The notes under the pieces were generated by a model that did not search any database, had not been told where the DNA came from, and worked only from the letters and a program-made list of their open reading frames with translations. A DNA stretch of 64,000 nucleotides from Smithella sp. (lineage in GTDB: Bacteria; Desulfobacterota; Syntrophia; Syntrophales; Smithellaceae): the NCBI GenBank assembly GCA_018056685.1, contig JAGPFC010000004.1:96646-160645 (forward strand), written 5' to 3'. Both the position numbers and the translations under genes were made by a program. Every line of letters starts with the position of its first letter. Positions within the stretch are counted from its first letter, which is position 1. Shown here one piece after another: positions 56,596 to 64,000 of the stretch.

Positions 56596-57537
56596 TCAGA
56601 CAAGTTTGTTGACTTCACGGACAATCATTTCCGCTTCGGCAGTCCGTCCCATCTCTCGATAGGCTCTGGCCAGGTTTAAGTAATAGTGACGATCCGGTTC
56701 ACACTGGATTGCCGATTGAAAAGCCTCTGCCGCCTGTGAAAAATTTCCTGCGTTCATTAAAGAATTACCCAGACGATTGTAGTATGATCCTGCGCTTGCC
56801 CTGTCCAGCTCAACAGCTTTTTCATAAGCTACTAACGCTTTCTGCATTTGTCCCAAAACGACAAGACTGTCGCCCAGCGCGCAAAGATATAATGAATGGG
56901 ATGGATTCATTTTTAGGCATTGATGGAACAATCTTTCCGCATCCTGATGTTTTCCGGCCTGCTGAAATAAAACGGCCATCTTAAAATAATATCGATCAGC
57001 GTTTTCGGAATCAATGGCTCCGGCTTTCCGATAAGCCAGTTCGCTCTCCTGATACAAGCCGTTGGCAAATAACGCGTTTCCCCACAAGCAGTAAAACGCC
57101 GGATTATCATCCTCCATTTCGATCAACTTTTTATAAATTTCAGTCGCCTGCGTATACCGCCTTGATTCATAATAAGCATTGCCCAGTTCATTGAGCAGCC
57201 CGACGTCTTCCGGCTGAACTGCTACCGCTCTCTCGCAAATCTCTACCAGTTTACCAAATTGTTTCTCCTGCTTATACATGCGCACCAGTTCATCAAAGGC
57301 GAAGCCGGTGAAGACTTTTCTGCTCAGTTCCCTTTCCAAGAGGACGTTTAAATATTCCATAGCCTTCCCGGTATCTCCGCTGTCGTAATAGGCCCACGAC
57401 ATCATTAACAGAACAGATTCCTCTTCCGGAGCTTCTTTGTGAATTTCTTCCATCAGCGCAATGGCTTCATGGTATTGCCCTTGTCGAAGAAGATTTTCAG
57501 CCAGATTTTTTTTGGTATTTTTGTCTTCGGTCATCAT
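56596..57537 (-). CDS. Tetratricopeptide-repeat protein
   Basis: At least seven TPR-like 34-aa units (..EAIALMEE.., ..AMEYLNVLLE.., ..ATEIYKKLIE..). Start set at ATGATG 57537/57534. The ORF-track start at 57603 would read through the upstream terminator hairpin and overlap the selenoprotein gene. Confidence 0.75.
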   Translation of the reverse strand: MMTEDKNTKKNLAENLLRQGQYHEAIALMEEIHKEAPEEESVLLMMSWAYYDSGDTGKAMEYLNVLLERELSRKVFTGFAFDELVRMYKQEKQFGKLVEICERAVAVQPEDVGLLNELGNAYYESRRYTQATEIYKKLIEMEDDNPAFYCLWGNALFANGLYQESELAYRKAGAIDSENADRYYFKMAVLFQQAGKHQDAERLFHQCLKMNPSHSLYLCALGDSLVVLGQMQKALVAYEKAVELDRASAGSYYNRLGNSLMNAGNFSQAAEAFQSAIQCEPDRHYYLNLARAYREMGRTAEAEMIVREVNKLV

Positions 57538-57538
57538 T

Positions 57539-57566
57539 AAAAAAGGGGGAGGATTCATCCTCCCCC
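57539..57566 (-). terminator. Rho-independent terminator of the selenoprotein gene
   Basis: Minus strand: GGGGGAGGA-TGAA-TCCTCCCCC followed by TTTTTT, 9 nt after the TAA at 57576. Confidence 0.85.
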
Positions 57567-57575
57567 GGGAAAGTT

Positions 57576-57893
57576 TTAGCAACCGCTGCAGGAAGAGCCG
57601 CATCCGCCACCGGCGGCGGAAAGGCTGGATGTTACTTTGAATCCAGAACCCTGCGGAGTCTCTATAAAGTCAACATTGATGGGTTTTGCCTGCTCAAAGA
57701 TATCCTTTTCTATTACAAACTTTGTTCCTTTTTCATCAAACACCTGATCATCATTTCCAGGCTCATCCAGAGCCATACCCAGAGCGGGCCCCGATCAACC
57801 AATAGACATGGTTATTCTAACTGAAGCATCCGGCCTCTTTTCTTTGATAAAGTTCTTGATGATCTCCAACGCTTTTTCCGAAACTGTAAACAT
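57576..57893 (-). CDS. HesB/IscA-like selenoprotein (105 aa) with an in-frame UGA at codon 33
   Basis: ATG at 57893 preceded by AAAAAGGAGGAT. Reads MFTVSEKALEIIKNFIKEKRPDASVRITMSIG-U-SGPALGMALDEPGNDDQVFDEKGTKFVIEK..GGGCGSSCSGC. The TGA (57795-57797) sits at the position of the first cluster-ligand Cys of A-type carriers. The ORF track reports only the distal 66 aa. Confidence 0.75.
57760..57774 (-). promoter_or_regulatory. Candidate SECIS hairpin
   Basis: GGCUC-UGGAU-GAGCC begins 21 nt 3' of the UGA. This is a short stem folded by eye only. A longer structure may exist. Confidence 0.3.
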
Positions 57894-58021
57894 TAAATAT
57901 CCTCCTTTTTCGATGAATATTGTCAATTCATCTCGTGGTTAAAATAGTGATGCCTGACGATATGTCAATCACGTTTGGAAAATTAATTTCCAACTTTTTA
58001 CCTAGCATATAAATTATTAAA

Positions 58022-58051
58022 TTGACATCATAAGAAACAATATCTTATTAT
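58022..58051 (+). promoter_or_regulatory. Sigma-70-like promoter upstream of the AI-2E permease gene
   Basis: TTGACA (58022-58027), 18-nt spacer, TATTAT (58046-58051). Confidence 0.35.
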
Positions 58052-58119
58052 TACTTGAAATTATTACCGAAAAATGGAATATTACTCAATAAACAGGCTG
58101 CCTTAAGAAGAAATCGCAT

Positions 58120-59166
58120 ATGAGTGAAAAACAAACGTTTACTTCTCAAAATATCATTTTTTACATATTGCTGGCTATTATCACAGGTGTTTTGGCTTAC
58201 ATTCTACGGCCTTTTTTTTATGCTGTTTTCTGGGCGATTCTCATTGCCAGTGTATTTTCTCCGCTGTATCAATTTATTAACAGGAAAGTTGTCAATCCCA
58301 ATCTTTGTGCCGGTTTGACAATGCTTGGCATCGTTTTTTGTTTAATCCTGCCGGTAATATTACTCATTGATTTGCTGGTGATGGAAATCATTGATATCTA
58401 TCAATCCTTCAGTTCCTATAGCAGTAACTGGATGGGCACGCTTTCTGAAGCCTTGAAATCTTTAAGCAAAAAACCGTTATTCGCCAAGCTGCATTGGAAT
58501 CAGGCCTTTTTAATCAGCAAGTCTCAGGAAGGTTTTAAAATCCTGACCGATTATGTTTTCAATCACATTTCAGAATTCACACAAAACACGATTCTGGTCG
58601 GGGTGCAATTTGCCGTTATGCTTTACAGCCTGTTTTTCTTTCTGCGTGACGGAAGAAAACTGGCAACGACCATTAAAGAAAATATCCCCGTGGATAACAA
58701 ACACCTTGACCATTTTATTCATCAATTTCTCAATACCGCTAAAGCTTCTTTGAAATTTACGTTTATCATCGGCGGTATTCAAGGCGCGCTGGGCGGATTG
58801 ATTTTTTATATCACCGGAATTGAAAGAGCGCTGGTCTGGGGCGTTCTCATGTTTGGTCTTTCCATTGTTCCCGCTATCGGTTGTTCCCTGATCTGGGTGC
58901 CCGCGGGTATTATCATGTTATTGCTGGGCAATATCTGGCAGGGTGTTGCTATTCTTTTGTTTGGCGCTCTGGTCATCAGCAGTGTGGATAATTTGTTAAG
59001 ACCGGTGCTTTTAGGGCGGGACACGCAAATGCATTCTCTTTTAATATTTCTTGCGACGCTCGGGGGTATAGCCGCCTTCGGATTTTCCGGTTTTATTCTG
59101 GGACCGGTAATTGCCTCTCTTTTCCTCGCAGCCTGGCAATTATTTCCCGAAATTTATCAGAAGTAA
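58120..59166 (+). CDS. AI-2E family transporter (PerM/UPF0118)
   Basis: 348 aa with about eight TM helices. UPF0118-type segments (FYAVFWAILIA, LVWGVLMFGLSIVPAIG, LRPVLLG). Confidence 0.85.
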   Translation: MSEKQTFTSQNIIFYILLAIITGVLAYILRPFFYAVFWAILIASVFSPLYQFINRKVVNPNLCAGLTMLGIVFCLILPVILLIDLLVMEIIDIYQSFSSYSSNWMGTLSEALKSLSKKPLFAKLHWNQAFLISKSQEGFKILTDYVFNHISEFTQNTILVGVQFAVMLYSLFFFLRDGRKLATTIKENIPVDNKHLDHFIHQFLNTAKASLKFTFIIGGIQGALGGLIFYITGIERALVWGVLMFGLSIVPAIGCSLIWVPAGIIMLLLGNIWQGVAILLFGALVISSVDNLLRPVLLGRDTQMHSLLIFLATLGGIAAFGFSGFILGPVIASLFLAAWQLFPEIYQK

Positions 59167-59245
59167 TGAGACTCGACGAAAACAAATGAAGTGCAGTTTG
59201 AGTCGTTAGTCGAATTATCCTAGGAGCGAAGCGACGTAGGATAAT
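59167..59245 (+). repeat. Dispersed two-hairpin intergenic repeat, copy E
   Basis: TGAGACTCGACGAAAACAAATGAAGTGCAGTTTGAGTCGTTAGTCGAATTATCCTAGGAGCGAAGCGACGTAGGATAAT. Stem 2 is TATCCTA/TAGGATA with GCGAAG in the loop. Begins right after the permease stop, between convergent genes. Confidence 0.7.
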
Positions 59246-59255
59246 ATTGAATATT

Positions 59256-59825
59256 TCAGGCTTTCACCAAAAACCGCCAGAGAGCTTCTCTGTGTTTTTG
59301 ATGGGCGTAGTCGATGCCGATGCGAGGCGTTGTGATGATTTCCGACTCCGGGAATTTTTTATAATCTTCCACCCACAGTTCTTCGCCAGTTGTTAAATCC
59401 CAACCGTTCAAAGACTTGTCTATCGACAACGCCTGACAGAGTTTGGCCGGTCCGTTGGTTAAGCTAGCGCCTTTTATCTTACGGCGGGTTTCCATCTCTT
59501 CAATACCATCCAGCGGCACGATCGCTCTGATCAAAACAGCACAAGGATTTTCTTCTTCCTCAGTCACCAGATTAAGCATGTAGTGCATGCCATAGGTGAA
59601 ATAAACATAGGCATGTCCGGGGTTGCCGAACATGACGGCATTGCGCTGCGTTTTCCCGCGATGCGCGTGGCAGGCGCTGTCTTCACGACCGCAATAAGCT
59701 TCCGTTTCCACGATCATTCCCGAAAGTCTCATGTTATCGATTTGTCGCACCAGCTTCTTTCCCAGAAGCTCACGCGCAACCCGCAGCGTATTCCGATGAT
59801 AAAATTTTCTATCCAATATTTTCAT
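59256..59825 (-). CDS. mpg: DNA-3-methyladenine glycosylase (AAG/MPG family)
   Basis: 189 aa. LARELLGKKLVR.., IVETEAYCG..DSACHA, YFTYGMHYMLN. Confidence 0.88.
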   Translation of the reverse strand: MKILDRKFYHRNTLRVARELLGKKLVRQIDNMRLSGMIVETEAYCGREDSACHAHRGKTQRNAVMFGNPGHAYVYFTYGMHYMLNLVTEEEENPCAVLIRAIVPLDGIEEMETRRKIKGASLTNGPAKLCQALSIDKSLNGWDLTTGEELWVEDYKKFPESEIITTPRIGIDYAHQKHREALWRFLVKA

Positions 59826-60083
59826 GATTACTTTTTATTATCACATAATACCGGGCAGAAAAAGTTTATTAAAAGTGATTTCTTAAGGGTAGTTCCTTTT
59901 TCTTTAAGAATCATTTTTCATATCGTAATCAAAAGCTTATACTTGCCTTAAACAATTTAATTTGAAAAATTACCCCTCCGGTGCTACATTGCGTCCGGCG
60001 ATATATAATATTAAATTACTTTTAATGGTTGATAAAGTCAGCCGTTGAAGGCGAAAAGGTATTACCGGAAGGAGATCTAGTTT

Positions 60084-60776
60084 ATGGAATACACTCATGA
60101 AGTTGAACAGATGTGCGTGGTTGCCAAAGGTCCTAAAAACGGCCCCGCCCCCATCCCTCAGGAGGGCAAATGGACCCAGGTGAAAGAAATCAAAGATATC
60201 AGCGGGTTGACTCACGGCGTTGGTTGGTGCGCGCCCCAGCAGGGTGCCTGCAAACTGACCCTGAATGTAAAAAATGGTATCATCGAAGAGGCGCTGGTTG
60301 AATGCATCGGCTGTACCGGCATGACCCACTCCGCGGCGATGGCCGCCGAAATTTTGCCGCATAAGACGGTTTTGGAAGCACTGAATTCCGACCTCGTCTG
60401 TGACGCGATCAACACAGCCATGCGGGAAATTTTTCTCCAGATTGCCTACGGCCGCAGTCAGACGGCCTTTTCCGAAGGCGGTCTGCCCATTGGCGCCGGT
60501 CTGGAAGATCTGGGCAAGGGCCAGCGCAGTGTGATTGCCACGATGTACGGCACCAAGGAAAAAGGTCCCCGTTATCTGGAAATGGCCGAGGGATACGTGA
60601 CCGAAATCGGCCTCGACAGCGACAACGAAATCATCGGCTACAAATTCGTTAATCTTGGCGTGATGATGGACAACATCGCTAAGGGAATGGATCCCGCCGC
60701 CGCTCTGGCAAAAGCAAGCGGAACCTATGGCCGCTTTGCCGAAGCCGTTAAAGTTATTAACCCCCGTAAAGGATAA
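60084..60776 (+). CDS. NifU/IscU-N-terminal-like Fe-S scaffold-related protein
   Basis: GGAAGGAGA SD. CAPQQGACKLTLNVKNGIIEEALVECIGCTGMTHSAAMAAEIL resembles the IscU/NifU N-domain Cys pattern. The remaining ~130 aa are unassigned. Confidence 0.65.
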   Translation: MEYTHEVEQMCVVAKGPKNGPAPIPQEGKWTQVKEIKDISGLTHGVGWCAPQQGACKLTLNVKNGIIEEALVECIGCTGMTHSAAMAAEILPHKTVLEALNSDLVCDAINTAMREIFLQIAYGRSQTAFSEGGLPIGAGLEDLGKGQRSVIATMYGTKEKGPRYLEMAEGYVTEIGLDSDNEIIGYKFVNLGVMMDNIAKGMDPAAALAKASGTYGRFAEAVKVINPRKG

Positions 60777-60787
60777 GGAGTAGGAAC

Positions 60788-61786
60788 ATGGCATTATTTG
60801 AAGGATACGAAAGACGAATCAAACAGATCACTCCTTTTCTCGCGAAACATGGAATTTCCTCGCTGGAGGAAGCCGAAAAAGTATGCCTCGAGAAAGGCGT
60901 TGATGTCAGAAAAATAGTTAAGGAAATTCAGCCGATTTCATTTGAAAATGCCGGATGGGCTTATCTGGTCGGCGCAGCCGCAGCCATAAAAAAAGGACAG
61001 AAGACGGCTGCCGATATTGCGGAAACCCTCGGTGAAGGGTTGCAATCGTTCTGCATCCCCGGTTCGGTTGCAGATGACCGCAAGGTGGGCATCGGTCATG
61101 GAAACCTCGCTTCCATGCTGCTTCGGGAAGAGACCAAATGCTTTGCATTCTGCGCGGGGCATGAATCATTTGCTGCGGCGGAAGGTGCGATCGGCCTGGC
61201 TAAATCGGCCAACAAGGCACGCAAGGTTCCGCTGCGCGTCATCCTGAACGGACTGGGTAAAGATGCCGCTCACATTATCGCGCGAGTCAATGGTTTTACC
61301 CATGTGGCAACGGCCTTTGATTATAAAACGGGCAAGGTTTCCGTGGTAAAGGAAAAAGCTTACTCTAAGGGCGATCGCGCGGCAGTCCGCTGCTATGGTG
61401 CTGATGATGTGCGCGAAGGCGTGGCCATCATGCATCTGGAAGGCGTTGATGTCGCCATCACGGGAAATTCCACCAACCCGACCCGTTTCCAGCATCCGGT
61501 CATGGGTGTTTACAAGAAAGAATGTATCGCGGCCGGAAAGAAATTTTTCTCCGTGGCCTCCGGCGGCGGTACGGGAAGAACGCTGCATCCCGACAACATG
61601 GCGGCCGGTCCCGCCTCCTACGGCATGACTGACACAATGGGCAGAATGCATTCGGACGCTCAGTTTGCCGGATCGTCTTCCGTCCCCGCCCACGTCGAAA
61701 TGATGGGATTGATCGGCATGGGCAACAACCCGATGGTCGGCGCATCCGTTGCCGTGGCAGTGGCGGTCGAACAGGCGATGAAGTAA
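60788..61786 (+). CDS. GGGtGRT-family protein (function unknown)
   Basis: Contains the eponymous motif ASGGGTGRTLHPDN and the conserved C-terminal SSSVPAHVEMMGLIGMGNNPMVG. Starts 11 nt after the NifU-like gene. Confidence 0.75.
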   Translation: MALFEGYERRIKQITPFLAKHGISSLEEAEKVCLEKGVDVRKIVKEIQPISFENAGWAYLVGAAAAIKKGQKTAADIAETLGEGLQSFCIPGSVADDRKVGIGHGNLASMLLREETKCFAFCAGHESFAAAEGAIGLAKSANKARKVPLRVILNGLGKDAAHIIARVNGFTHVATAFDYKTGKVSVVKEKAYSKGDRAAVRCYGADDVREGVAIMHLEGVDVAITGNSTNPTRFQHPVMGVYKKECIAAGKKFFSVASGGGTGRTLHPDNMAAGPASYGMTDTMGRMHSDAQFAGSSSVPAHVEMMGLIGMGNNPMVGASVAVAVAVEQAMK

Positions 61787-61800
61787 AACTTTTAAATCAA

Positions 61801-61832
61801 ACATCACTGCCCGCCGGCGCGGGCAGTGATGT
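61801..61832 (+). terminator. Strong hairpin after the GGGtGRT gene
   Basis: 14-bp perfect stem ACATCACTGCCCGC / GCGGGCAGTGATGT with loop CGGC, 14 nt after the stop. There is no long T-tract, so terminator efficiency is uncertain. Confidence 0.55.
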
Positions 61833-61859
61833 TATCCTTAATGTCTTGGAGGCAGTTCG

Positions 61860-62369
61860 ATGACTAAATTGAAGGCGCTTCAGGCAAATATCGTTACCCT
61901 GCAGGTTGACGCAATCGTCAACGCAGCCAATTCTTCTCTTCTTGGCGGAGGAGGCGTGGACGGTGCAATTCACCGCGCTGCCGGACCGCAGCTTCTGGAA
62001 GAATGCCGAACTCTCGGTGGCTGTAAAACAGGTGAGGCCAAGCTCACTAAAGGATACAAGCTTCCCGCGAAATTTGTCATTCACACCGTGGGACCGGTCT
62101 GGCATGGCGGGAAGAAAGGTGAACCGGAACTGCTCGCCTCCTGTTACCGCAACTCTCTGGATATCGCCATCAAGCAGGGCCTCAAAACAATCGCTTTCCC
62201 AAGTATCAGCACAGGCGTTTACGGATATCCGATTGAACTGGCGGCACAGGTCGCCGTAGATACTGTTCGTGATACGGTGCAAAAATCATCCACACTGGAA
62301 GAAGTTATTTTCTGCTGCTTTTCCCTGAATGATCTGTCCGTTTACAGATCTTTTTTAAATAACGATTGA
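61860..62369 (+). CDS. Macro-domain protein (O-acetyl-ADP-ribose deacetylase, YmdB-like)
   Basis: [26 protein letters not shown] and [12 protein letters not shown] motifs. Confidence 0.9.
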   Translation: MTKLKALQANIVTLQVDAIVNAANSSLLGGGGVDGAIHRAAGPQLLEECRTLGGCKTGEAKLTKGYKLPAKFVIHTVGPVWHGGKKGEPELLASCYRNSLDIAIKQGLKTIAFPSISTGVYGYPIELAAQVAVDTVRDTVQKSSTLEEVIFCCFSLNDLSVYRSFLNND

Positions 62370-62394
62370 GGATTTTTTCAATCTTCAATCAACA

Positions 62395-64000
62395 TTAATT
62401 ACAGTATCCTTTGCTTTTAGCCTCTTCCAGCAACTTGCACTTTCCCAGTGCACATGCGCTTTGAGCGTCATGGCAAGCCGCTTCCCTGTTGTTTTGTAAT
62501 AAATAAGCCAGTCCTCTGTTTTGATAGGCATAGGCATCGGCTTTCAGATGGATGGCTTTGTTAAATTCTTCAATGGCCGGTTGATATTCGCCAAGATTAA
62601 TATGCGCAACCCCCTTGTTGTAATAGGCCAAAAAACGGGGTTGCAGCCGGATGGATTCGTCGTAGTCCTGAATCGCCTTTCGAAAGTCGCCTGTTTTTTC
62701 GTAAGCAACCCCCCGGTTGAGATAGGCAACTTCATAAGCAGGATCAAGTTCAATCGCCTTACTGAAGTCCCGGATGGCTAACCGATACTGACCCAGATTA
62801 AAATACGTGATACCCCGGATATAGTGCGCAAGATAATTATCCTTCGTTACCCGCAAAGTTTGATTGATCAGTGTTAGACTGTTTTCCCAGTAGCCGCATT
62901 GTTTCCAGGACAGATAGGACAGGATCAGCAGAACAGTTAATCCCGCCGGAAATAAAATTTTTCTCATGACATCTTTACGACGCAAAAGAAAAGGAACGCC
63001 CCACGCAATCATGATTCCGATGCCAATCAGGGGAAGATATGTATAGCGGTCGGCCATTGCGTATCGCTCTGCCCTGACATGAATAATGCCGAGCACCGGC
63101 AGAAGAGTTATGGCGTACCACAGCCATCCAACGAGGAGAAAGGGACGGCGTTTGGCGGACACTATCACGAGGATGCTGATTACTGAGGTCATTAAAACGG
63201 AACCGGCAATTTGCGGCAGGGAGAGTTTATCGAACAGGGGGTAGCAAAAAGACACATTAAGCGGCCAGAATATTTTCTCCAGATACATTGTAAAAGAAAC
63301 AAAAGCGGTGGCCAGACGGGATCCCAGTGAAAAATGGACCGCTTCAGGATTGTATTGAGCATAAATGGCAATGACGGAAAAAACCGCCGACATAACAAAA
63401 AGAGGCGCCTTTTCCCGCAATTGCCATAATAGGAGATTGCCCTGCTTGATCTGGAATCTTTTCAACGGCCAGTAATCCAGAAGAATCATCATCACGGGAA
63501 GCGTGACGAGCATCGGCTTGCTCATGAGCCCGCAGGCAAAGGAAAAAAGAACCGGCAGATATCTCGTAATAACCGGTTTCTCCGTGTAATAGACATAAAG
63601 ACAGAGTGTCAGCATCCAGAAAAAAGCGCTCAAGACATCTTTTCTTTCAGCGATCCAAGCAACCGATTCCACATGCAGCGGGTGAATCGCGAAAAGCGCC
63701 GCCACAAAAGCGCTTTTCCAGATTTCCCCGGTCATGCGGTTCAAAAGCCAGAAAAGCAGCAGCGTGCTGAGGATATGAAAGATCAGATTGGTGATATGAT
63801 ATCCGCCGGGATTCAAACCATATAACTGATAATCCAGCATTAAAGACAACCACGTTAAAGGATGCCAGAATTCGGCGTAGGTTGTGGTGAACGCCCAGCG
63901 AATGCCCTCCGGATGGATTCCCGACTGAACATTCAGATTGTTTGTAACATATACATCATCATCAATATTGATAAAGTCAAACTGATGCACCTGCCCGAAG
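62395..64000 (-). CDS. Polytopic membrane protein with C-terminal TPR repeats (PMT/TMTC-like glycosyltransferase family). The 5' end is probably outside the window.
   Basis: About 370-aa multi-TM region (WHPLTWLSLMLDYQLYG..HITNLIFH), then four or five TPR units. The frame stays open from 63990 to the window edge at 64000. Confidence 0.75.
   Translation of the reverse strand, partial: FGQVHQFDFINIDDDVYVTNNLNVQSGIHPEGIRWAFTTTYAEFWHPLTWLSLMLDYQLYGLNPGGYHITNLIFHILSTLLLFWLLNRMTGEIWKSAFVAALFAIHPLHVESVAWIAERKDVLSAFFWMLTLCLYVYYTEKPVITRYLPVLFSFACGLMSKPMLVTLPVMMILLDYWPLKRFQIKQGNLLLWQLREKAPLFVMSAVFSVIAIYAQYNPEAVHFSLGSRLATAFVSFTMYLEKIFWPLNVSFCYPLFDKLSLPQIAGSVLMTSVISILVIVSAKRRPFLLVGWLWYAITLLPVLGIIHVRAERYAMADRYTYLPLIGIGIMIAWGVPFLLRRKDVMRKILFPAGLTVLLILSYLSWKQCGYWENSLTLINQTLRVTKDNYLAHYIRGITYFNLGQYRLAIRDFSKAIELDPAYEVAYLNRGVAYEKTGDFRKAIQDYDESIRLQPRFLAYYNKGVAHINLGEYQPAIEEFNKAIHLKADAYAYQNRGLAYLLQNNREAACHDAQSACALGKCKLLEEAKSKGYCN

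Noticed and set aside
56596-57603. ORF-track start at 57603 for the TPR protein
   Set aside because: That start would read through the GGGGGAGGA/TCCTCCCCC terminator hairpin and overlap the selenoprotein stop. The start was moved to ATGATG at 57537. The absence of an SD there is noted as unresolved.
57576-57776. 66-aa ORF treated as an independent small gene
   Set aside because: It is the C-terminal two-thirds of the UGA-containing HesB-like gene. It has no SD of its own, and the upstream frame is continuous apart from the TGA.

Overview
This is a 64-kb chromosomal segment of about 50% GC. The gene content looks like a deltaproteobacterial or Desulfobacterota-type anaerobe: a HesB-like selenoprotein, a GGGtGRT/NifU-like gene pair, an AbfD-type dehydratase and a pyruvoyl arginine decarboxylase. 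That taxonomic guess is inference only. All calls come from reading motifs by eye in the supplied translations and the DNA. No database search, HMM or folding program was run, and start codons are approximate.

Content, from left to right:
- A 5'-truncated GAF-PAS-HD-GYP sensor.
- A small lipid module (lipoprotein, LolA-like, FabG, hot-dog dehydratase, divergent AMP-ligase).
- A PAS-GGDEF cyclase.
- An E1 alpha/beta 2-oxoacid dehydrogenase pair.
- Housekeeping genes carB, queF, prfC and typA.
- An AT-rich insert carrying a polytopic membrane protein.
- A YbhGFSR-like TetR/HlyD/ABC-2 exporter.
- An orphan nuclease-like gene.
- An 11-gene minus-strand envelope array: mlaEFDCA, an OMP, a MacB-type pump and a P-loop kinase.
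- pdaD, an NlpC/P60 lipoprotein and truA.
- A TetR-abfD-SDR-isochorismatase cluster.
- tRNA-Ala(CGC).
- pilT, a second PilT/PilU paralogue and a receiver-like gene.
- An AI-2E permease, mpg, a macro-domain protein and a 5'-truncated TPR membrane protein.

I saw no rRNA, CRISPR array, transposase, integrase or phage genes.

Most noteworthy observations:
1. A five-copy family of ~80-120-nt two-hairpin intergenic repeats with compensatory stem changes. Two copies bracket the AT-rich insert.
2. An MlaF ATPase fused to a degenerate GGDEF domain, in an operon that lacks mlaB.
3. A selenocysteine (in-frame UGA) HesB/IscA-like gene that the ORF track splits.
4. An orphan 330-aa protein with a PD-(D/E)xK-like C-terminal domain.
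5. The uncharacterised NifU-like/GGGtGRT gene pair.

I cannot point to one clear-cut novel multi-gene system. The candidates are listed with honest scores.
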